A model generated the notes under the pieces. It was not told the DNA's origin. It saw only the letters and a list, made by a program, of their open reading frames with translations, and did no database searches. A stretch of DNA of 64,000 nucleotides from positions 70,762 through 134,761 of the IMG/VR virus record IMGVR_UViG_3300020429_000529. One strand, written 5' to 3'. Both the position numbers and the translations under genes were made by a program. Numbering within the stretch: position 1 is the first letter of the stretch; each line of letters begins with the position of its first letter. Origin of the DNA: a virus. Positions 56,907-64,000 of the stretch are shown one piece after another.

Positions 56907-59900
56907 AGGCGTCAGAACATCACTACTTGGAACCTTTCAGGCTGGCTCGCCAGGCTTCCCTGGCGTTCTCAACTGCAAGGCCGAGATCTGGCATAACTCT
57001 CCGTTCTTCAAAAGGAAGCTGCAGGATGAGACGTATGTATTTGCTCCCGAGACCATCTCAACTCTGCCTCGGAACTTTTCGGAGAAGATCGAAGCCATCC
57101 CTGGTCATGATGGTCTCTATCTTCTTCCCAAGTTCGAGTATCAGCATAACTTTGTGGCCTCGCTGAAGAAGGCAGAATCAAACGACGAGCAAGAAAAGAA
57201 CATCGCAAGAGATGAAGAGAAGGCTTCAAAGGTTGTCAACATCTCTCGTCTTGAGTTTGTTGAGCCGCAGGATGAGTCTCTCGTTGAATCGATTCTATTC
57301 AAGGATCCAGAGACAGGTCAGTATAGGGCAACCGCTCGCGCCTCTCATCACATGTGGATTGATGATGGCAGCTTGTACGTTACAGCAACCATCAAGCAGT
57401 CTGACTTTGATTCTCCGCCAGCGGGAGAGACAGACGAAGAGCAGAGTAAAGAAGACTTCAAGCGAGCTTTTTATCCTCGGTGGGGCTACTATGAATACAA
57501 CGCTCCGCCTGTTGGCGTCAAGGGCGATGGTCAGGTAAGAACTCGACAGAACGACAACTTCAAGCTCTTGCCATACCAGTTTGCAACTTCGCCAGGCGAT
57601 CCGATTGTTGTTCTTCGCAACAAGAACCTTGAGAATGATCCTGAGTTTTCTGTTGCCAATGATGATGCCTTCAAGAATGTCAATCCCGGTATACATTGGC
57701 GTCTCATCAAGAGAACGCCTACATTCCAGGGCGAGGACATGTGGTTCGAGTTTCATAAGATGGCAGAGGAGAGCGATATCTCTGTCACCGAGGGGACTCA
57801 GTTCCGTATGCGGCCTGACTATCAGTTCCTTGATGTCAACCATGTCCCGAATGCGGATGATGACGGAGAGGTCTGCAACATTGGTCTTGTTGAAGTAGGG
57901 GACGATCAAGAGAAGATCGAAGAGTCTAAGAAGGCTTTCGACTTCAGCGATCAGGCTTATTACATCATTGAGCTTGGCGTCAAGGACGCTATGCACAACT
58001 ACTTCATCATTCTCTCTGAAAGAAACAACCCGATTTTTTGTCACGCTGGCAAAGTCTGGATCAGAGAACCCAATCAGCAAGAAGAGCAGGAGCAAGGCGG
58101 AGCAGACGACAACCCTTCTGGTAATGAGCAGGGCGAAGTTGACTGTAACGCCGATGCTGCGACCGGCGGAGGAGATTCTTCGGGAGGCAGTTCTTCGCAG
58201 CCCAAGTTCTCTGAGTGCATTACTCTGCGAAGGCTTAGCACATACACGCTTGTTTCATCGAAGCAGTTGATGGATCAAGAGAGGCTTCGGGTTACAGTCC
58301 GTCAGCATCTCGGCAAGATTATTGTGATGTTTAGCGGATATGAGGACAATCCATGGGTTATCTCTCGCTTTGACTTGACCGAAGTCCCTGAGCCAGGCGA
58401 AGATCCAGAGGGCGATGCAGAGCCTCGTCCTGAGCAGATCCCCATGATTATCCCCGCTTCGCAGATTGCGGTCATGGGCGGTAATCGCAAGGTTGCAATG
58501 AACTTTGCTCCGATGCAGTTCAACGAACTCAACAGCGCGGCTCTCCCTCAAAGGCTTTCCGTAGAAGGTCCAGTTGACATGGAAGAGATCTTCCTGTTGC
58601 TTCGAGACAAGGGAGTCTCAAGGCACCCATCCCTTGCTGATGTCAATCGAGGAGCATTCTTCACGCAGGAGGCTGAACTATACAGCGAGTGGATCGATGA
58701 CAAGGCAGAAGAGACCCGCGCGATCCGAGTCATGGGGAACTACGTTCGGTCTTACGGCAAGGCCCCTGATATGCAGGAGCGAGGCAGAACATCTACCCGA
58801 GATCCGTTTAGTATTGCCATCAAAGCCAAGGACTGCTCGAAGCGACTTGGTTCTTCTGCTCCATATGCCAAGGTCATCGAAGTTAGCCTCTCGATGCTTG
58901 CCGGCGACTATATCTTCACGACTCCGCCAGGTGATGCCGGACAAGAGCCAGATGGCTCGTCATCTCAGGGCGTAGATTGGACGTTGAAGGACTGTATCAC
59001 GCCCATCATGACCAACTTCAGGTTGTTTACTGCGCCGAGCGAACCGGCCTTTGATAGCAACCCGATTGAAGTTGGTCATCATGTTATGAGCTTCAGAGAT
59101 AGTTGGGTTGAGAATGATTTGCTCAACATCAGTCACGGAGGTCAGATCACGTTCCTCGTAAACGACGGAATGGATGACAACTTCACGGATGGCAGGCCGA
59201 ATCAGGCAAACTACCTCAGAAGTCTTGCTGACAAGAACTTCTACATACAGGTCAGCGTATGGTGGGGAGAGAATGTTGGCAATGATCCTGGCGCTACCAG
59301 ATCAGGAGAAGTCGGAAGCGTTCCGAATCGATTCACCGATACAGAGGGACGACCGATCATGCCGACGCCGGTTGCCGAGCGCGACCGAGTGCTTTTCACT
59401 GGTATCTGCACCAACGCCGTTCTGACAATCGAAAACGGCAAGCATGTAATGACTTGCGATCTTGTCGATTACTCGAAGGCTCTTGAGGATCAGATCTTCC
59501 TCAACTCTCCGTTCTTTGACAAGATGAGAGACTTCAACGCAATCAATGAGATTGTTCAGATATCTGGTCTTCGAGATGGCGTCGAGAGAGATGCAAAAGA
59601 TAATCCTGGTTCTTTGAGCGGACAGATCGATAGCATCGATAACTCGCAGCCTGCTTCGTTGATCGCAAGGCTTGCGGCTTCGGACAAGAGCGGTTGGTTC
59701 CAGATCCCTCACAATGGAGAGACAATCTACAATCAAGAGTACGCTCTGCCTGGTTCGTACAACCTACTGTATGAGCCTCTCTTCCGATTCAAGGACGGAG
59801 AATCTCTGTGGAGCGGCATTCGAAAGATTGCTCAGATTTCAGGTAAGATCATCTACTTCGATCGACTTGGGGTCTTCCATTATGAGAAGCTACCATACGA

Positions 59901-60531
59901 CCAAGAGTTGTTCGGAGGTCAGCAAGACAACTCAAGCGATACGAACATACGCCGTTGGGAGCAGTTTAGCAAGATCGATTTCTTTGCGTCTCCGATCGAT
60001 GATACCGCAACGGGAGAGATACATCGTCAGATCTTCGGGTCTTACACGATAAGCCGAGACATGGATAGCGTTGTCAACCAGATTCGAGTCATCTCGAACA
60101 CTCCTGATGGTACGCTGCTTCTTGCGGGCCATACAAACTTCGATTCGTTGTTTGACATTGAGAAGCCAGGCTTTTTGGGGTATCCGAAGACGCTGCTGCT
60201 CATGGACGGCATCTATGGCGACGAGCAAAATGTCAAGTGGATTGTCAAGCATTACACCAAGTTGTTTTTGCCGCCGATGAAGATCACGTTCAAGGCAAAT
60301 GGGCATAACCTGATTAAGGCGCTGGACATTGTAACGTTTAGAGGAATCGGATGGAGAGAGAAGCAAGTTCTTATTGTAGGTCAGGTTGAAAACGAAATCA
60401 ACCCTGCCGACAATACCTGGTGGCAAAACTTTGATTGCTACTGGATCTTCCCGTCTCAGAACATCGATTGGGGCGCTCCGAACGATATCTCGATCGGTCC
60501 CGATGAACTTGGCGACGGATCAGGTCTGTAA
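56896..60531 (+). CDS. Tail-tip hub (Tal/baseplate hub-like) protein
   Basis: C-terminal VLFTGI, FKDGESLWSGIRKIAQISGKIIYFDRLGVFHY, VVNQIRV, GHNLIKALDIV patterns typical of hub proteins. Confidence 0.65.
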   Translation: MASKGVRTSLLGTFQAGSPGFPGVLNCKAEIWHNSPFFKRKLQDETYVFAPETISTLPRNFSEKIEAIPGHDGLYLLPKFEYQHNFVASLKKAESNDEQEKNIARDEEKASKVVNISRLEFVEPQDESLVESILFKDPETGQYRATARASHHMWIDDGSLYVTATIKQSDFDSPPAGETDEEQSKEDFKRAFYPRWGYYEYNAPPVGVKGDGQVRTRQNDNFKLLPYQFATSPGDPIVVLRNKNLENDPEFSVANDDAFKNVNPGIHWRLIKRTPTFQGEDMWFEFHKMAEESDISVTEGTQFRMRPDYQFLDVNHVPNADDDGEVCNIGLVEVGDDQEKIEESKKAFDFSDQAYYIIELGVKDAMHNYFIILSERNNPIFCHAGKVWIREPNQQEEQEQGGADDNPSGNEQGEVDCNADAATGGGDSSGGSSSQPKFSECITLRRLSTYTLVSSKQLMDQERLRVTVRQHLGKIIVMFSGYEDNPWVISRFDLTEVPEPGEDPEGDAEPRPEQIPMIIPASQIAVMGGNRKVAMNFAPMQFNELNSAALPQRLSVEGPVDMEEIFLLLRDKGVSRHPSLADVNRGAFFTQEAELYSEWIDDKAEETRAIRVMGNYVRSYGKAPDMQERGRTSTRDPFSIAIKAKDCSKRLGSSAPYAKVIEVSLSMLAGDYIFTTPPGDAGQEPDGSSSQGVDWTLKDCITPIMTNFRLFTAPSEPAFDSNPIEVGHHVMSFRDSWVENDLLNISHGGQITFLVNDGMDDNFTDGRPNQANYLRSLADKNFYIQVSVWWGENVGNDPGATRSGEVGSVPNRFTDTEGRPIMPTPVAERDRVLFTGICTNAVLTIENGKHVMTCDLVDYSKALEDQIFLNSPFFDKMRDFNAINEIVQISGLRDGVERDAKDNPGSLSGQIDSIDNSQPASLIARLAASDKSGWFQIPHNGETIYNQEYALPGSYNLLYEPLFRFKDGESLWSGIRKIAQISGKIIYFDRLGVFHYEKLPYDQELFGGQQDNSSDTNIRRWEQFSKIDFFASPIDDTATGEIHRQIFGSYTISRDMDSVVNQIRVISNTPDGTLLLAGHTNFDSLFDIEKPGFLGYPKTLLLMDGIYGDEQNVKWIVKHYTKLFLPPMKITFKANGHNLIKALDIVTFRGIGWREKQVLIVGQVENEINPADNTWWQNFDCYWIFPSQNIDWGAPNDISIGPDELGDGSGL

Positions 60532-60556
60532 AGGTCTTTCTAACTTTTATCCGTAT
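60531..60556 (+). promoter_or_regulatory. Class A putative late promoter
   Basis: AAGG-N18-GTAT, intergenic. Confidence 0.45.
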
Positions 60557-60566
60557 AGGAGTAATC

Positions 60567-60782
60567 ATGGGCGTAGCACAGAACAAGGTCAAGTCCAAGG
60601 CCATGCACGAGAAGGCTCGCAATCGCACCGAGAGCCAGATCAATATGAACGAGGCCCGTTCAACCATTCGAGAGTCTCGTCATGGCTTTCGAGGCTTTGG
60701 CGCATTTCAGATGAAGAGAATCTACAGCGCAGAAGGCGTGCATGTCATCGACATTGGTGGACCGCCTGTAGCTGGTCGATAA
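60567..60782 (+). CDS. Small basic hypothetical protein
   Basis: SD AGGAG; follows a promoter-like motif. Confidence 0.55.
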   Translation: MGVAQNKVKSKAMHEKARNRTESQINMNEARSTIRESRHGFRGFGAFQMKRIYSAEGVHVIDIGGPPVAGR

Positions 60783-60792
60783 GAGCTAAAGT

Positions 60793-63700
60793 ATGGCTGG
60801 CCAAACCCCGTTTTATGGACTCACGTTCTTCGACTTTAGGGATCGTTTCGATCTCCCGATCAACGTGCGCAAAGAGATCGAGAGATTCCTGCTTATTGAC
60901 AAGCAGCTTTATGGTCTCTATACGATCTTCGGAAACGGAGTCATTCGGGGCTGGAACCTTCAAGAGCCAGAAGATGCCATTCAGCAGAACTCGATATCGG
61001 TCACGGTAACGCCAGGCATCGGCATCATCGGTCTGCTCGCAACCGAGACAACACTCCCCGAGGTTGTTCAGGATCTTCCGTCTAACGATACGGTTGATAT
61101 CTGGGCAATCTTGACGGGCGGAACAATCAACAACAGAGACGTTCAGTTCATTTGGAGCCGTACTGCTCCGAGCGATAGCGCTGTTCGTCTCGGTCGAGTT
61201 GCTACAGGATCAAACGAGATTGTCAGCATCGATAGTTCCTTCCGAGACGAGATCGGCTTCATCGAACTCATCAAGGAAGAGATCGCTAAGCACAAGCACC
61301 GAGGTACTCCGACCAAGATCGATCTTCAGCAAGAGACAAGGAACCAGCTTCCTGGCGCTCGCATGGAAGACTTCGACGCCTCAAAGATAATCAGCGGTCG
61401 CTTCGATGTCGAGCGTATCCCTAAGCTCGATCACAACGATCTTGAGAACAACGGCCTCTTGACCCATGCCGCCCTTGATTCGTTTGTCAGAACGATCACA
61501 GCGGGTAACAGGGAACTTCTTGGCGAGGTTGGCTCTGTCAACCTTATGAGGTTGCTCACATCTTGGAAGTATAAGTACCCGATCATTGATGATGGATTCA
61601 TCAACTCGATGACGGTCATCCCTGGCGTCACAGACAGTCGCTTCATCGACTTCGATGCATCGACGGCCTGGATTGACCTCAGTAGCCAGTGTATCTCGGG
61701 ACGACCAACGAGCATCGGTCAGATCCGATCGATCATCTGGGAGACGACGACAGCCTTCCTTACTGCATACGATCGCAACCTTGTCACGATCGCCAACGAT
61801 CAGGTGTTTCTGACGAGAGGCGGATCGAGCGCTCAGTTCATCGAGAATTTTGAACAGGTTACATCTGGCGGTCAGAACATCCCTGGCTTTACAACCGCAA
61901 CGCAAGTCATCTCTGATGATCTCGAAGTCATTTCGAACGATTCGGACGGCTTCCGAACTCAGGGCTTCTACGGCGGCGAGTTCAAGACCGATCGATCTTT
62001 CCGCGCCATCTATACGAAGACTATCAATGTCAACAAGGATTGGTCGCTTTTTGACGAGTTGGTCGTCGATGTCAAGAGCCTTGCCATTACGCACGGCTCT
62101 GTCTACATGTATTTCGTTCATGAAGAGGCGGATGGTACTGAGGTCAAGTCGCAGGACTATCTGCTTCTTGGTCCCGATGAGATTACAAGCAATCCCGATC
62201 CAAACGCCAACGGTTTCGAGCAGCGTTCGTTCTCGATCGCCAATGCAACCAGAGGCAACGTATCAAGGCTTGTCTTCTACACCGACGATATTGTCACCAA
62301 GCACAAGTTCTACATCGATAACATTTTCCTTCGCAATCAGGCTCTCTTCCCGCCCGAGGGGTTCATTCGATTCCGCTTCTCAAGCGGAGTTCCCGTGACC
62401 TTTAGCTCGCTGATCTGGGAAAGCGAGGAGCCCGATGGAACCGAGCTTCGAGTCCGCATCCGTACAGCCAACTCTCCTTCGCTGCTCAATCGAGCGGTCT
62501 TTACGTCGCCGCTGAACTCTGGCGATGTCTTCTCGTTGTCGGGCACCGACTGCGAGATCGATATCCAGTTGTTCTCGAACGACGAGCGAACCGCTACGCC
62601 AGTCCTTGACTTCCTTGAGCTTCAGATCATCATCGATTCAGAGGAAGTTGGCTTCACGATCACCGATGCCGAGGATTGGGACCGAGGATCATACATCAAT
62701 ACCGAGCGAGAGTTCGACGATTTCACGTTCGATTCGTTCATCTCAATCGCCGATCCTGTCCCTGTCAACAACGTCTACTACTCGTTCAAGAACGTCATCT
62801 CGGAAGTTGATCCAGACGGAACAGCCGTTTCAGGTTTTCAAGGAGCAAGATTCCTTCTGTCGCCTAAGCAGGCCAAGAACTTCTTCACAAACCAAGGACA
62901 GCGAGGATTCAAGTTCCCGTTCTCGGTCTACCGCCTTGAAAGCCGCAACTTCTTGTTGGCGGATCTTGATAACGATCGGCTGCTCGAAGTTCAACCAGAT
63001 GGAACATTTGTTCGCGGACTCGGAAGTCACAATGAGTCTGATGACACATTCTTCTATCCGATGACTGCGGTCTACAACCCCCGCACGGGCGTTCTCACAA
63101 CAACCTTCTCTCAAGAGGTTGACGGTGATGATCTGCAGATCGGGAATGTCCGTCTCTGGATCGGCGGCTCTCCTATCAATCTCGGAGCGAACGATACGGT
63201 TTTGGCTCCAACCAAGACAACGAGAATCTTGGAGATACAGCTTTCGCCCGACAAGGTTGCTCAGCTTCGGGATACGCAGAGCATTGTCACGGTACAGTAC
63301 CTACCGGCTTCCTTCCCTACGGAGTTCAGCCTGACGCAGAGCGCGCAGGAGCTTATCGGTATTCAGGGGCTTGAGGTCTTCATTGGCGATTTCGTATTCA
63401 TCGATGGCATTAGAAGACCCGTCTTCGGCAATATCCTTGCGAACGGAAACTGGATCGCAGGCAACTCGTCCATCTTCTTCGAGGAGGCGGGCGTCGGCGG
63501 TACGACGACAAGAATCGAGGTTCAGGTCGGTCAGAGCGAGAGCTTCCAGTTGGAGGTTGATCCGCCCGAAGACGGTTTCTTCGTCCAATGGCAGGTCACA
63601 ATACCAACAGAGGTCAACAACATCGTTTCGTTCTCTGCTCCGCCGCCAGGCAACCGAGCAACGGTCAACATCGCAAACCCATCTGAGGATCAGGTAGGCG

Positions 63701-64000
63701 AGTTTACGCTGACGTTTATCGCAGAGTACCGAGACATCAACACTCAGGAAGTTGTCTCAAGCACGCAGAATCAAGCGGTTCTTGCTATCGTTCCCGAAGG
63801 CGGCAGCGATTCTGGCGGCGATGACAGCACCGAGCAGGCGAGTATCATCGAGGTCAACAGAGAGACAGAAGAGGTCGTCTTCAACTACGATTCTGTCAAG
63901 TTCTCTGACTTCAGCCTCGGCTCGGTCTACGAGGTCGATGAGAACAACTTCCTCATTGCTGGTATCGTTCAGATCGATGACACGATGGTCGATCCCGGCG
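60793..64000 (+). CDS. Large tail/structural protein, truncated by the window end (not in ORF track)
   Basis: ATG 60793 MAGQTPFYGL; no in-frame stop seen. GNGVIRGW..VTVTPG.G baseplate-anchor-like start, HKH..KIDL, DASKIISGRFDVERIP, DHNDL..GLLTH, NHL-like ADLDNDRLLEVQPDG. Confidence 0.8.
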   Translation, partial: MAGQTPFYGLTFFDFRDRFDLPINVRKEIERFLLIDKQLYGLYTIFGNGVIRGWNLQEPEDAIQQNSISVTVTPGIGIIGLLATETTLPEVVQDLPSNDTVDIWAILTGGTINNRDVQFIWSRTAPSDSAVRLGRVATGSNEIVSIDSSFRDEIGFIELIKEEIAKHKHRGTPTKIDLQQETRNQLPGARMEDFDASKIISGRFDVERIPKLDHNDLENNGLLTHAALDSFVRTITAGNRELLGEVGSVNLMRLLTSWKYKYPIIDDGFINSMTVIPGVTDSRFIDFDASTAWIDLSSQCISGRPTSIGQIRSIIWETTTAFLTAYDRNLVTIANDQVFLTRGGSSAQFIENFEQVTSGGQNIPGFTTATQVISDDLEVISNDSDGFRTQGFYGGEFKTDRSFRAIYTKTINVNKDWSLFDELVVDVKSLAITHGSVYMYFVHEEADGTEVKSQDYLLLGPDEITSNPDPNANGFEQRSFSIANATRGNVSRLVFYTDDIVTKHKFYIDNIFLRNQALFPPEGFIRFRFSSGVPVTFSSLIWESEEPDGTELRVRIRTANSPSLLNRAVFTSPLNSGDVFSLSGTDCEIDIQLFSNDERTATPVLDFLELQIIIDSEEVGFTITDAEDWDRGSYINTEREFDDFTFDSFISIADPVPVNNVYYSFKNVISEVDPDGTAVSGFQGARFLLSPKQAKNFFTNQGQRGFKFPFSVYRLESRNFLLADLDNDRLLEVQPDGTFVRGLGSHNESDDTFFYPMTAVYNPRTGVLTTTFSQEVDGDDLQIGNVRLWIGGSPINLGANDTVLAPTKTTRILEIQLSPDKVAQLRDTQSIVTVQYLPASFPTEFSLTQSAQELIGIQGLEVFIGDFVFIDGIRRPVFGNILANGNWIAGNSSIFFEEAGVGGTTTRIEVQVGQSESFQLEVDPPEDGFFVQWQVTIPTEVNNIVSFSAPPPGNRATVNIANPSEDQVGEFTLTFIAEYRDINTQEVVSSTQNQAVLAIVPEGGSDSGGDDSTEQASIIEVNRETEEVVFNYDSVKFSDFSLGSVYEVDENNFLIAGIVQIDDTMVDPG

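Noticed and set aside
60386-61009. 207-aa + strand track ORF
   Set aside because: Overlaps three better-supported genes in other frames
1-64000. Stop-codon reassignment, inteins or introns
   Set aside because: Coding density is near complete under code 11, all three stops end genes, and no splicing motifs or split genes were seen

Overview
This window is the virion morphogenesis region of a large, probably jumbo, tailed dsDNA bacteriophage. All credible genes are on the + strand, tightly packed, with Shine-Dalgarno sites and genetic code 11. Gene order: giant prohead protease/scaffold polyprotein (1946 aa), head decoration protein, short HK97-fold major capsid protein, glycosyltransferases and a subtilisin, two fibre proteins of >2000 aa plus a 2OG-Fe(II) oxygenase, neck protein, a PhoH/DNA-methyltransferase island, a late operon, tail tube, duplicated tail assembly chaperones (one with an unannotated -1 frameshift extension), tRNA-Pro(UGG), sulfotransferase, tape measure, tail-tip proteins, and a final ORF running off the end. 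No tail sheath, portal or terminase is visible. The best candidate for an undescribed system is in the late operon: a volactin-like actin ATPase and a putative adaptor are translationally coupled to the head-tail connector and tail terminator genes. The adaptor shares an N-terminal ~55-aa module with a glycosyltransferase, suggesting a common 'virion-address' domain that could link particles both to a phage cytoskeleton and to glycan/sulfate-decorating enzymes. Two recurring promoter-like motifs and nested internal starts in the scaffold gene are also visible. Family assignments come from motif recognition and recall, not database searches.
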